54,447 bases of DNA, taken from IMG/VR virus record IMGVR_UViG_3300045579_000282, positions 1 through 54,447 of that record; one strand, 5' to 3'. A program made the position numbers and the translations under genes. Origin of the DNA: a virus (lineage: Duplodnaviria > Caudoviricetes). This document shows, piece after piece, positions 9,101 to 18,498 of the stretch (position 1 is its first letter; each line of letters begins with the position of its first letter). The notes under the pieces were generated by a model, which saw nothing but the letters and a program-made list of their open reading frames with translations, was not told the origin of the DNA and searched no databases.

Positions 9101-11265
9101 TAGCTTACCGTGGACACTCCGTCTCAAGCTATGTCTTGAAGTGCGCGTTGATGGCGTTAGAGGAACGGTTGCTCATTGAGGCAAAGGTGCAGCCGGACTT
9201 CATCTCGAAGGTTCTTGAGCTTATTCTGGAGATCGGCGACTCGAGCTTCACGACCGGGCTCGTAGCTGGCGTGCTTATTGCGCATCCGGCCCTCGTCACA
9301 GAGAAGCTTCTGTCGGTCTTTAAGTGTCCTGAGTTCTTTGGCAGCGACATTGCGCGCACCGTGAGTGAGGCTACCGCTCTGGCTATTCACGGCGGCCACG
9401 ACGGGTTGGACGAAGAGAGGCAAAAAGAACGTTTCGCTAGCAACCATTTGCCGCACAGGCAGCAACACCTAGAAATACTTGTGCTCCAGTTGCAGTTCAT
9501 CCGACCGGATCTACGTGAAGGCATCTCAACCATCCTGGATAAGCATATTGAAGACCTCAGAAAGGCGTCAGATGTGCCAGATGGCTGGCGAATGAGCCTC
9601 AAGCGCATGGACGCTCGAGGTTTGAAGTTTGGTGAGCCGGTCGGCGGAGAGGGACTCGTACCCCTCGAAATTGCAGAGCTTGAGCCCGACTTGAAGGAAA
9701 TAAGTGACAGAGCTGAGTTGAGCACCCGACTCATGAGCCGGTTGGCGACTGTGCGGCTTTGGGCGGCGGCGATAACACAACCGACGCTGTCCTCAGCACA
9801 AGGGGCGGCCGACCGTTTCTCGTCTCCTAGCGAGGTTTACGAGGAGTTCACTCGTCTACGCGTTGAGTTCAAAGGGCACGAGGAAGCAATGCTCATTGGC
9901 TTGGACGATGAAGTACCGTGTGCACTGATTCAGCAGTGGCCGAACGATACCTCTGATGCGCTGCATTGGGCTAAAGAGTATCTCCTTGATGTCACTGCGC
10001 AGCGTCTGGACAACGACGCCTGGGTCCGATCCGGCCACATGACTGGAGAGTTGCGTGCCAAGACGCTCATCCTGCTCGCTAGCATCGACCCGACCCTCCC
10101 GAAGTTGGACGCTGCTCTCGCCAACATCATTACGGAGCCAGTCTGGAAGGTTCGTCGATCCGCGGCGCTCGCCATCTCTGGGATCTTGCGTCCTAAGCAA
10201 CCCATCGTCGCCGAGATACTTACCACGGCACTGGCGCAGTACGCTGAAGCGTTAAACACCACGACTGAAGCAGGTCACCGGCGGCGTCAGCTCGACTTCC
10301 TTGGCGAAGCACGGGAGGCCACTTGTAAGGCGGTGGTGTTAGCCCTTGCGAATGGGAAGTCAGGACATCGACCGACGCCCAGAGGCCTGGCCGCGATAAA
10401 GGAATGGACGATAGCGCTCGATGCTGCCCGCAGCGAGATGCCGGAGACCTGGCGAGTACAAGCACTCACCACCATTGCGCGCTTGATGGCCGATCACGAA
10501 GACAAGCCGACGGTAGACCGATATGACGCCGACGATGTCGACTTCGAAGCACGTTGGGAGGTGGGAGACCTCTTGGCGACTGAGCTGTTGGCGCAGTCAA
10601 CGGAACAGACCATCATTTATGAAGTTCTCGACTATTGCATCGAGAACGCCCCAGAGCTCAGTGAGAGGATTTTGGAGTCAACTCTCAGCGGCTGCTTGAA
10701 GCAAGAGTACGCCAACGCCGACGCATTCTGGCGTGTCTGGGACCGCGCTGCTACAAAGATACTGCCTGATGAGTCTCTCCGCACGTCATCTCGACGTTTG
10801 TACACCAAATATGAGAAACCATTGGCTGTGCTTCTTCTGCGGACCATGCGATGGCCAACGATTTGGCATGACTTGCCGCTCTTGCATCGTAGGCCCAACT
10901 TCCTGGCTGACTGTCTTGCGTCAGCCGGCGACAGTCGGCACGCGCTGGAGCATCTGTTGGCTCTCATGACGGGTGTTGGCCGGACTACTGCAATCCCCTC
11001 GGCCTTGGTTCAGCTAAGGGACGCGCTATACCTTGCTCCAGTTGATTTTTTCGACAACGGGGATGCTCTTTGGAATGCAGAGACTGTGTGTCATGTGGCA
11101 GTTCATGACCACCGTCAAGCGCTTATCCGAGATGTCAATCTTCGTAGGGCAACCTTGGACATACTCGACTTACTGGTCAACGCTGGGTCATCGCTGGCGT
11201 TCCAGTTGCGAGATTATTTGGCGGCAAGTCCGACCGCACCCCTCAACCTCGAATTTAGTTCCTGA
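6181..11265 (+). CDS. Avs (AVAST)-like antiphage STAND NTPase with N-terminal PD-(D/E)xK-type nuclease
   Basis: N-terminal GGxxFQ...TDD...QCKR nuclease motif, Walker A GGPGTGKS, Walker B VIIDSLE, ITTR sensor, HDVLEDW post-NTPase motif, long helical C-terminus; 1694 aa. Subtype not assignable by eye. Confidence 0.8.
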   Translation: MSTKKDTNREPLQGTQLMSTVATGGGGGVFQARVGALYLTNMLTGLPTAFCLHGARVEELRFEARYTGAHTDDIYCRLSDAKGSHLQLIQCKRGLNATAGDKDFIDGLQGAWRDFLGIEKSPFDRACDVLVLATISPAKIANQAAKRLCELARASVDLDDFLQKLESKLFDKKHKDTWNAFKTVSKETLTDKYTEELVFKLLRRLRVDIHDLGTDSSQELSLVQALLASRQPCDSGELVWDGLVSYVQEQGITAGTITRSTWPDTAKEGLRAAISRLTSSRGLGSIAERLSDQAKLQLSLLSTNLPNGIHVTRSECVGRVLAGFDERQLVIITGGPGTGKSAVVSELAPLLLESGPLFFFKAEDLGEPSLAAMQSLNGLSDPVLGIDTLLSTAQPTVIIDSLEKALEAQNPGALEELLALVHKNKGTRLCITTRSYALNGLYTNFLSSFSSQIVDIPLLTDSEISAAVAGSPLEELIAKDSGVKEVLRAPYYLQLAFKSIAAGAVLPSVSGNDLKRTLWIERVAPSKGLPRGLGQRRRTAFDAVCYLRTERFAQFVEAPTDAEAVTSLLQDAVLVQDAADRVAPAHDVLEDWSLFFQVEREVRSAEQDWTVLFTKLGAHAGMRRALRSWTAQKSAENDEDAYALMQAAFRPEPTIPQLWRDEVAIGLLRSERVEDLVAKLGGNGAFDNVALLQRLSHLLRVACKGPTSIDYSHLADDPANKEFIARIGMAAPVGKAWDVMIELVAMAFPTLPPEAHSWVAQLAEDAVAHDDNWYQPSQRVVDVFNIAEQYCRRDSGSWYRGRSVGKRFYALLCRCSGADPSRFNVFVDTLLERISGDTKGRDLYAEERLEFLTNVKHCREPSYFSPDAVHKAFRALYVEDKPREAARRHYSTGWEASLGLSERADHKFFPPSTLQGPFRSLLLYSFAKSVRFVVELCNHAAASFAKCHSEEISIVPPEKSPNGRPHIHGGRLWVAYRGHSVSSYVLKCALMALEERLLIEAKVQPDFISKVLELILEIGDSSFTTGLVAGVLIAHPALVTEKLLSVFKCPEFFGSDIARTVSEATALAIHGGHDGLDEERQKERFASNHLPHRQQHLEILVLQLQFIRPDLREGISTILDKHIEDLRKASDVPDGWRMSLKRMDARGLKFGEPVGGEGLVPLEIAELEPDLKEISDRAELSTRLMSRLATVRLWAAAITQPTLSSAQGAADRFSSPSEVYEEFTRLRVEFKGHEEAMLIGLDDEVPCALIQQWPNDTSDALHWAKEYLLDVTAQRLDNDAWVRSGHMTGELRAKTLILLASIDPTLPKLDAALANIITEPVWKVRRSAALAISGILRPKQPIVAEILTTALAQYAEALNTTTEAGHRRRQLDFLGEAREATCKAVVLALANGKSGHRPTPRGLAAIKEWTIALDAARSEMPETWRVQALTTIARLMADHEDKPTVDRYDADDVDFEARWEVGDLLATELLAQSTEQTIIYEVLDYCIENAPELSERILESTLSGCLKQEYANADAFWRVWDRAATKILPDESLRTSSRRLYTKYEKPLAVLLLRTMRWPTIWHDLPLLHRRPNFLADCLASAGDSRHALEHLLALMTGVGRTTAIPSALVQLRDALYLAPVDFFDNGDALWNAETVCHVAVHDHRQALIRDVNLRRATLDILDLLVNAGSSLAFQLRDYLAASPTAPLNLEFSS

Positions 11266-11461
11266 CGGCGACAGTGAATTGCCCCTCATATCGAAATTGC
11301 AAGTTTGCTGGTATCGGTTTTCGAAGCTGATCGACATGGGTGGTCTGGTTCCTATCGAGTTACAAGAAGTGCCGTCTGAATGAATAAACCTATTTCAAAG
11401 AAATGCTCCATAGAGCTGGATGAGTCTTGCTTTGATAGGGAGGCTTGGCGTCAGCCCCTTT

Positions 11462-11890
11462 TTATTGATCCAGAGGAAACTGCTCGTGCCACAAGTCGGG
11501 CAGCGCATTGCGCGTAAACCACACCATGCTGACCTCCTGAGGCTGCCTTCCTTGCAGAATGTCCATTACCAACGATGGGTCCAGCAACGTCAGCCTCAGC
11601 AGTTCATTGACTGTGCTCGGGTCAAGCCCTTCCAGTTGGGCAATTTCTGAGCCGCTGCGGACTTCGCCTGCAGCTAAGAGCCGTTGCCAGTAGTGGGCCC
11701 GAGCGAGTCCCTGGAGCAGGGCAATTTGGCTGCTCTTGTCCATGGCCTCGCCATTCAATTTACCCTCAGCCGTTTCGGATGCCATCACAACTGATTTGAT
11801 GCCTGGACGGCGCTTGAGCTTGAAGGGGGTGCGCGTGGTGATCCGAAAAGTGTCTCCGCTAATGTCGTCGCTGGTGCTCGTTTCGCTCAT
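11462..11890 (-). CDS. Recombinase-associated small HTH-like protein
   Basis: 4-nt overlap with recombinase stop; ARAHYWQRLL..G...SGSEIAQLEGLDPSTVNELLRL is characteristic of genes following these serine recombinases. Confidence 0.7.
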   Translation of the reverse strand: MSETSTSDDISGDTFRITTRTPFKLKRRPGIKSVVMASETAEGKLNGEAMDKSSQIALLQGLARAHYWQRLLAAGEVRSGSEIAQLEGLDPSTVNELLRLTLLDPSLVMDILQGRQPQEVSMVWFTRNALPDLWHEQFPLDQ

Positions 11891-13230
11891 GCTGGCATCT
11901 CCGTTTCCAGTAACTCTGCGCCGACCGTTTTGGGCTTCATGGTCTCCAGCAGAGGTATCCAGTTATCTGTGCGCCAGCTTACTTCAACCGTATCGTCCTC
12001 ATGGAGCGTGATCCGTTCCACCAGGCTTCGGATGATGTGACTTTTCACCTGATCAAAGTAGTTGTCCCAGATCTTTGCGGTGCGCTGCAAGATGAGCACG
12101 ACCGCCTGCGGTTCTGCAATGCCGGGGTTGATGGACTGAATGCGGTGCCAGTATTGGGTGAGCATCGTGCCCGAGCGCAGGAAATCCAGCACCTGCTTGG
12201 TCACCTCTTGTTCGAGGGGTTCTGCCGGTTGATTCGGAATGCTGCTCTGGCTGGCGCCTTCGTGCATCTTCTTGTTATGCACGTAGTAACGATAGACCTT
12301 CCCAGATTTTTTTTGTGTTGCCATTGGCAGGTATAGGTCACCGCCAGGGCTGTAGATCAGACCACGCAACAGGAACTCGGTGCGCGCCTTCATGGCCCAG
12401 GTGGCCTGGCTCTTGGCATCGCTTGTGCGTGCCATCATCTCTTGCACGCAGTCCCATTTGGCCTGGTCAATCAAGGGCTGGTGGGCCCCAGCGTAGAACT
12501 GCCCCTTGTGCGAAATCATCCCGAGGTAAACCCGGTTTTTCAGGACCTTGTGGAGTGATTGTTTGCAGAAATGCCGACCTGATTTCGTCAAGCGGTTTTG
12601 CTCCTTCATTTGCTGGACCATCAGCGTGGTGGAACCAGTGCTGACATATGAGTCAAAGATCCAGTTCACGGTTTCCGACTCTTGTGGGTCAATCAACAGC
12701 TGACGGTCTTCAACCCGATAGCCCAGCGGCACCACGCCCCCCATCCACAAACCTTTGCGCTTTGAGGCGGCAATTTTGTCTCGTATACGCTCGCCAGTCA
12801 CTTCACGTTCGAACTGAGCAAACGACAGCAGCATGTTGAGCATCAGGCGACCGGTTGATGTGGCCGAGTTGATCTGCTGGGTCACCGAGCTGAAGCTGAC
12901 CTGGTGCTTGTCAAAGACCTCCACCATCTTTGCGAAGTCAGCCAAGGAGCGGGAGAGGCGGTCGATCTTGTAGACCACCACCATGTCTACCTTGCCAGCC
13001 TTGATGTCAGCCATCAAGCGCTTGAGAGCCGGGCGCTCCATGTTCCCACCCGAGTATCCCGGGTCCTCGTAGGTGTCTTGCACAGGGACCCAGCCCTCGT
13101 TGCGCTGACTGAGGACATAGGACAAGCCCGATTCGCGTTGTGCATCAATAGAGTTGAACGATTGGTCCAGTCGTTCATCAGAGGAAACACGGCAGTAGAC
13201 CGCACACCGTTTGGTTATCAGTAAGCTCAT
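11887..13230 (-). CDS. Large serine recombinase (prophage integrase), copy 2
   Basis: YCRVSS, DPGYSGGNMERPAL, KIDRLSRS, FAQFEREVTGERIRDK; ATG at 13230 overlaps the upstream stop. Confidence 0.93.
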   Translation of the reverse strand: MSLLITKRCAVYCRVSSDERLDQSFNSIDAQRESGLSYVLSQRNEGWVPVQDTYEDPGYSGGNMERPALKRLMADIKAGKVDMVVVYKIDRLSRSLADFAKMVEVFDKHQVSFSSVTQQINSATSTGRLMLNMLLSFAQFEREVTGERIRDKIAASKRKGLWMGGVVPLGYRVEDRQLLIDPQESETVNWIFDSYVSTGSTTLMVQQMKEQNRLTKSGRHFCKQSLHKVLKNRVYLGMISHKGQFYAGAHQPLIDQAKWDCVQEMMARTSDAKSQATWAMKARTEFLLRGLIYSPGGDLYLPMATQKKSGKVYRYYVHNKKMHEGASQSSIPNQPAEPLEQEVTKQVLDFLRSGTMLTQYWHRIQSINPGIAEPQAVVLILQRTAKIWDNYFDQVKSHIIRSLVERITLHEDDTVEVSWRTDNWIPLLETMKPKTVGAELLETEMPA

Positions 13231-13709
13231 GCTTCCCCCTTGGCTTTCAGGCCGAAGAAGGCAGGTCCAGACCACTGTGTGCCGGTGATGGTCTTGGCGA
13301 TGGCAGACAAGCTGCCGTAAATCTGCCGGTTGTATTCGTAGCGACCATCGGCCAGCACCTCAACCCGATATTCCTGGCCATCGAATTCCCGAACCAGAGT
13401 TGCGCCGGGCATGGCCACCGCTTTGAGTGGGGATTTGCTTTTGATCTTGGAGAGTTGCTGGCCATAGTCGGCCAGCCTTTCCCGTGTGGACTGGGGAAGG
13501 GTGCCAAAGGCCAGTTCTTGAAATCGGTGAGACAGACGAGATGTCAAGAACTTGCGGTTGGGGTGAACCGGGCGGCGCGGAAAGTGCACATCCCAGACTT
13601 TCCAGAGCTCGGGCATTTTCAAGTCGTCAAGGGCTGCGACCTTGCGCTGGATGGCATTGAGTTGGTCGAGGCTGCGCTGCTCACGCGGGGTGATGGATCG
13701 TGTTTTCAT
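13227..13709 (-). CDS. DUF2924-family protein
   Basis: PGATLVREFDG...YGSLSAIAKTITGTQWSGPAFFGL signature; GGAG RBS before ATG 13709; adjacent to serine recombinase as usual. Confidence 0.85.
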   Translation of the reverse strand: MKTRSITPREQRSLDQLNAIQRKVAALDDLKMPELWKVWDVHFPRRPVHPNRKFLTSRLSHRFQELAFGTLPQSTRERLADYGQQLSKIKSKSPLKAVAMPGATLVREFDGQEYRVEVLADGRYEYNRQIYGSLSAIAKTITGTQWSGPAFFGLKAKGEA

Positions 13710-13945
13710 GGGTGAACTCCTTGTTGTGTAGACGGGTTCACATTCACGCTCTGCCATGCATGGAAGTCCACGAACTCGTCGAGATCAGTGGCGTAAAGCT
13801 GACTGCTGTGGATTTCGCGCAGCTTTTGGTGTTGACTGACAGCGCCTTGCGCCATCAGTTCACTGATCTGCGACAGGGAGAGAAATCCGCTCTTTTCGGA
13901 GCGGTTGCTGGTGTGATTTGTGGAGGGGTTCAGATGGCCTGTCAT
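13706..13945 (-). CDS. Small hypothetical protein upstream of DUF2924
   Basis: ORF overlaps the DUF2924 start by 4 nt; start uncertain. Confidence 0.4.
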   Translation of the reverse strand: MTGHLNPSTNHTSNRSEKSGFLSLSQISELMAQGAVSQHQKLREIHSSQLYATDLDEFVDFHAWQSVNVNPSTQQGVHP

Positions 13946-14107
13946 TGGTAGGGGATTTGGTGAAAAAACCGTCCATAAATCGTATGAGCGAGCTCCTCCA
14001 GAGGTAACGTGTTTTGGCGGGCCAATGAGGGACACGAGCTGGAAACCTGCATAAATACTGAACTTTTGAAGTCGAGGCCTGCAGCCAAGCGGCTCGCGAA
14101 TGCGGTT

Positions 14108-14142
14108 TTGACAAACCCGTAAAAAGCTGTATATTTATCCAG
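14108..14142 (+). promoter_or_regulatory. sigma70 promoter overlapped by a LexA (SOS) box
   Basis: TTGACA (14108-14113)-N16-TATATT (14130-14135); CTGTATATTTATCCAG (14127-14142) matches the CTG-N10-CAG LexA consensus of gamma/betaproteobacteria. Confidence 0.75.
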
Positions 14143-14235
14143 CAACCTGGCAAAACTCATCCCAAGCCCCCGGTCAACAGATCAGGGGTTGAGACGCCTC
14201 ATTGCCAAAACAAACAACAACAAAGGAGACAAAGA

Positions 14236-15477
14236 ATGAGCCGCACTCAGACCTACGCCGACATCTTGCTGAACCTGCCTGTCGACGACACCCTTAAAAC
14301 CTTCATCGAGCGCCACACCCTGCCTTTGCCCGAGGGCTGGATTTGGCATGACTCCATCCAGGCCTCCAAGAGCCTGGTTGGGTTGATTCAGCTGCATCCG
14401 AATGTCGCCATGCGTGACCGCATCGTGGCCGGTTTGCACGCCTGTACGCTGTTGGCTCACCCCTTGGGTAAGCAGGCCATGTTTCAGGCTGCACATGACC
14501 GACCGTCGGAATTGATGGGGCTCATTGCCTGCAAGAGCGACCTGCACCGGGCGTTTTGGTTGTATATCCATCACCCGGCGCTGTTTGAAGCGGCGGCCGA
14601 AATCGAATATCTGGACCACCATGGTCAGCAAGCCCAACAGCACGATCTTGGGATCAAGCATCCCATAAAGCGCGACGAGAGCTCGATTGCTGCATTCAGT
14701 GATGCCATCAAAGGTTTCTACCAGCGGGAGTTGGGGTGCGGAGAGGTTTGCGTGGTCAATCTGCTGGACCGGGCGCGTGGCACGCAATTGATCTCTATCC
14801 ACGCCAAGGACCTGGCCACTGCCAAGCTGGAGTTCGAGGGCAGTCAGTTGCAGCGACGGGTGGGCAGCCCAAACATTCACATGGTGCTGGAATACGCCCA
14901 GACCACTGGGGTGGCTCGCACCATCATCCGGGGCGGGGCGAAGTACCACGCCATGCTTTGCGAGGCATTTGCCAAGCACTTATTGGGCGTGGATGCCGAT
15001 GCGCAGCGAATCCAAACACCTCGGCTTAATTTGTCCAACTTGCGCTTGGGCATGAATATTCCGCAGGCGATCGATGACGGTTTCGTTGGCCTGCAGGTCA
15101 AGAGTGTGACTGTCGTCAGTGGCTGTGGCCAACTCAAAATGGAATGCACCGCCAGTGCGGCCAGCGATCAGCGCTGCGTGACGGATCTGCTGGCTGACTA
15201 CTTTGGCTCAGAAAACCCACTCACCCGAGGGTGGTTGATTCAGGCTGCGGTGCTCAATTTCTACCTTGCACCCATGCAGGGCAAGAGCCGCTGCTCAGTG
15301 GTCAGTTTGGAGATCACAAGCAAGGGGCGCCTGAACCTGCACAAGTTCGATGAAAAGCTCCGATCTCAACTCGAGGGCTATCTGGTGCAGCTCGGCATCC
15401 TGAAAGGTCAGCAGGTGCTCCAACCTGATCCAGAGACTGCAAAGCAGAAGGTCCTGGTTGGTGGTTTGTTTGAGTAA
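14236..15477 (+). CDS. Hypothetical protein (413 aa), SOS-box-controlled
   Basis: Long ORF with AAGGAG RBS; no recognisable motif. Confidence 0.75.
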   Translation: MSRTQTYADILLNLPVDDTLKTFIERHTLPLPEGWIWHDSIQASKSLVGLIQLHPNVAMRDRIVAGLHACTLLAHPLGKQAMFQAAHDRPSELMGLIACKSDLHRAFWLYIHHPALFEAAAEIEYLDHHGQQAQQHDLGIKHPIKRDESSIAAFSDAIKGFYQRELGCGEVCVVNLLDRARGTQLISIHAKDLATAKLEFEGSQLQRRVGSPNIHMVLEYAQTTGVARTIIRGGAKYHAMLCEAFAKHLLGVDADAQRIQTPRLNLSNLRLGMNIPQAIDDGFVGLQVKSVTVVSGCGQLKMECTASAASDQRCVTDLLADYFGSENPLTRGWLIQAAVLNFYLAPMQGKSRCSVVSLEITSKGRLNLHKFDEKLRSQLEGYLVQLGILKGQQVLQPDPETAKQKVLVGGLFE

Positions 15478-15486
15478 GGGGTTTGA

Positions 15487-16440
15487 ATGGAAATCACGTT
15501 GAACCAGCAAGCCATCAATCTAGCGGCCCTATTTTTCGTGCGAGGCGGTGTCTCCATGGAGAGCGGCCTGCATGATGGAGAAATCCAGGCGCTGCATGTT
15601 CTCAAGGAAGCCAAAGCAGTAGTTACAGGCCAGATCAGCACCCGTGATGCCATGTGCGCATTTTGTGGTCTGTACCGAGGGCCGATCTTCCGAAACGACG
15701 ATGGCCTCATGGTGCAGTGTCCGGACTGTGGTCCGTTTCGGCTGGACCCGGCCAGTCAGCGCAGTTGGCAGTTGGACGATGAATGGCTGATCCGCAGGTT
15801 GCGCGGCGCGCTGGACATTGCTGCGCACTCAACGGTATCGCCCATCGCGGAGGGTGTTTGGGACATTGGGCGGTACAAGAAACGGCCGGTGGTGTTGGCT
15901 CGTCGGATTGATCTGGTCGAGCGCCACGGGCTGCGGATTTTTCATGGCCCTGAGCCACGCAACCAAAGCTGGGTGATCACGCCAAGACCGCTGGGACGGC
16001 TGACCCAGGATCCGTTAGCTGGTACTGCCACCTGGTGGCATCTGGAAGACCGGTTTGCGCTGCACGGGATGGCACTACGGCTTCGTGATGACGATCAAGA
16101 GGTGAGTACCGATTCGGCGGGCATCGTCATACCGGTGGCTGTCCATGGGCCATTCAGCGACGATTTCATTTGGGTGCATCTTGAGGATTGGCCGCATGGC
16201 CCAATCCGGTTAACCGAAGCCCAAGCACACTTGTTTGCTTCTTTCTGGAAGCACCGGTACAAAGCCCAGTCAGCTGAATTTCTCATGAGAGAAGCAGGGT
16301 TAAACAGCGAACGCCCCATGGACCTATTTAAGCTAAAGGCACCGAATCGTGGTAATCCAAAATATGAAGGTCCGCTTTATGTATATAAAAAATTAGTGAT
16401 ACGTCAGCGACGTCAAGGTTTGTATCGTTTGGCATTGTGA
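15487..16440 (+). CDS. Hypothetical protein with CxxC-CxxC zinc finger and possible C-terminal winged-helix DNA-binding domain
   Basis: CAFC...CPDC; C-terminus IRLTEAQAHLF...RRQGLYRL resembles OmpR/PhoB-type wHTH. Confidence 0.65.
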   Translation: MEITLNQQAINLAALFFVRGGVSMESGLHDGEIQALHVLKEAKAVVTGQISTRDAMCAFCGLYRGPIFRNDDGLMVQCPDCGPFRLDPASQRSWQLDDEWLIRRLRGALDIAAHSTVSPIAEGVWDIGRYKKRPVVLARRIDLVERHGLRIFHGPEPRNQSWVITPRPLGRLTQDPLAGTATWWHLEDRFALHGMALRLRDDDQEVSTDSAGIVIPVAVHGPFSDDFIWVHLEDWPHGPIRLTEAQAHLFASFWKHRYKAQSAEFLMREAGLNSERPMDLFKLKAPNRGNPKYEGPLYVYKKLVIRQRRQGLYRLAL

Positions 16441-16531
16441 ACCACAGAAATTGTCCTGTTACTGTCGGTGACTCTTCTGAAACAAAATGCTCAATGTTGA
16501 AGTTAACCGACAAGTAGTGACGAATGACACG

Positions 16532-17383
16532 TTAGATTGATATCCTGAGAACGTGGGCTACTTCCGTGGGCGTCGCACGCAATGCGTAAAGCTCGAGAGC
16601 ACGTTTCTTAATTTTGCGAATACGCTTACCGGCAACAACCGGACTTCTAGCCTTTAGCTCAGGCCGATGAGTAAGAAGCTCTCGATCTAAAAGTCTAAGG
16701 ATTCGCTCAGCATCGAGTTCCTTTGCCACAAAGTTATCGATCTCCTCTACGCAAATTCGAGCAAGTTTGATCAAAGAAATTGTTTCATTCGCCGTGAACA
16801 TGCGAACAGTGTCAGATGAGAAATCAATCTCAGAAATTGTTGTCTTAGATTGCCAAAATTTCTGAAGTGCTGGACCGTCATACTTCAAAGTCTTGACCAG
16901 TTCTGAGGTCAACACAGAAGACGCATGGATGACGTGATTTCTGCGTAGACGGAGATATTTGATCGTCTTGATCAGATTGGGTTCGATGGCGTGCTTCGCA
17001 ATTTTGGTCACCGAATTTTTCAAGCAATCGTCGATTGGTTCGGTGACTTGAGAGGAGACGCCGTTCACCACGGACCAGTGTCGGATCACTGTCTCAATAT
17101 AGAGAATCAATTGCTCTACTGCGAATGCAAAGCTAACTCCCAGAACAGTTACCACTTGTTCGGCTCGGAACTTCGGAAGACGCTCGACAGGCACATAGAT
17201 ACGTTCGGCGAACGCATTGTCTGGGAAGACCGTCGGGGTAAAGTCGGTGGGTCTGTCCAGCGCAAGTCGCTGAAATTCAGGCCCTACATGTGAATCAAGA
17301 AAAAGCACAAAGCAGACTTGATCATTTACTCGAGCCAAGGCGCTCAATGATTCATTGCGGTGTGGCGTCTTTGCAGCGTGCAT
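16532..17383 (-). CDS. Putative HEPN-domain protein
   Basis: R-x4-H motif (RNHVIH, 16925-16942) in a helical context; visibly AT-richer than flanking phage genes. Confidence 0.55.
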   Translation of the reverse strand: MHAAKTPHRNESLSALARVNDQVCFVLFLDSHVGPEFQRLALDRPTDFTPTVFPDNAFAERIYVPVERLPKFRAEQVVTVLGVSFAFAVEQLILYIETVIRHWSVVNGVSSQVTEPIDDCLKNSVTKIAKHAIEPNLIKTIKYLRLRRNHVIHASSVLTSELVKTLKYDGPALQKFWQSKTTISEIDFSSDTVRMFTANETISLIKLARICVEEIDNFVAKELDAERILRLLDRELLTHRPELKARSPVVAGKRIRKIKKRALELYALRATPTEVAHVLRISI

Positions 17384-17484
17384 TTGTAATTTAAATTTAT
17401 GCCAAGGCTGTCTTACGAACTAGGAAGTAGCCAGTCATCATCGGCAATCATTCTTGCTCCCAATTTGATGTTCCAAAGCAGCCG

Positions 17485-18498
17485 TCATTTATTGATATTT
17501 TTTTGCAATTCAGCGCATGTGTTGATGATTTCGGAAAAACTAGGTTGGTGCGTCGCAAGCAATCCATCTTCCAGCATGGCGACGTAGTCTTTCTCGAGCG
17601 CCTCTAGAGCACTTCCATCTGGGATGATCTGAATTTCAGTGCTGACGGCTGCCTTGTAGTCAATTGAGTTTTTGCTGGCATCTTTTTCCGCAAAAAACAT
17701 GGACTTGTGCTCAGCTACTGCATTGGCAAGTTCTAGGTCAGCGATCGCAGTTTGGGCATGTCCCGAGTTGGCCATGGCGGCCAGGTCGTACCAATGCCTT
17801 GAATAACGCTCACCGCGCAATCGACCTTGGCGGCAGTACACATGCGCCGCTGTGGCTTTTTCCCAGAAAGTGCGTTCAGCGGCCATTACCAAAGGCTGCG
17901 CCTTCGGGAACACAATTTCATTGATTGCCGGTGCCATGTCGCAGGTGACGGCATGACGCTGGTGAGGCTCACCTGTGGCACGCCCACCAAATTCCAGCTG
18001 AATGGTGGATGCCGCATATCCGGTACCTACCTTGATGGCCTCATAGGCCAGGATCAGCTTTTCATTTTCATTCCCTGCAAGCGACAGGGTGGCCTTCAGA
18101 CCATCTTTTTGCATGGCTGTAAGAAGGATCGGAAGTACTTTGCCCTCAATCCAATGTGGCAATCGTTCACGAACCCGGTCGGTGATTTTTTTTGCTTGAC
18201 TGGGTGAGGCAGGGATCGGATTGCCATCGCGCAGAAGTTCTGGAACCACCTCGCGGATGTCGTAGGTCAGATCAATGTCTTCTGAGAAACGGTCGATGAT
18301 CTTGTAGACCTTGGACAGCGAGGTGCCACCTTTGAAGGTCAATTTTTCCGCAAGGGCTGACCCGTAGATTGCAGACAGAGTCCATACCACCCAGATGTCT
18401 TTTTCCAGAAGGTGAGGCGGTCGGCCGGTCTGAGCTGCCGCGACTTCGAGTGCTTCAGCCTGATCTTCGCGGCTGAGAGTGAACCATGAATCAGCCAA
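17485..18498 (-). CDS. abiEii: AbiEii/AbiGii-family nucleotidyltransferase toxin
   Basis: LLEKD, FKGGTSLSK, RFSEDIDL, RTFWEK, RHWYDL motifs. Confidence 0.92.
   Translation of the reverse strand: MADSWFTLSREDQAEALEVAAAQTGRPPHLLEKDIWVVWTLSAIYGSALAEKLTFKGGTSLSKVYKIIDRFSEDIDLTYDIREVVPELLRDGNPIPASPSQAKKITDRVRERLPHWIEGKVLPILLTAMQKDGLKATLSLAGNENEKLILAYEAIKVGTGYAASTIQLEFGGRATGEPHQRHAVTCDMAPAINEIVFPKAQPLVMAAERTFWEKATAAHVYCRQGRLRGERYSRHWYDLAAMANSGHAQTAIADLELANAVAEHKSMFFAEKDASKNSIDYKAAVSTEIQIIPDGSALEALEKDYVAMLEDGLLATHQPSFSEIINTCAELQKNINK

Noticed and set aside
14047-14062. Second possible LexA box (CTGCATAAATACTGAA)
   Set aside because: Lacks the required CAG right half-site.
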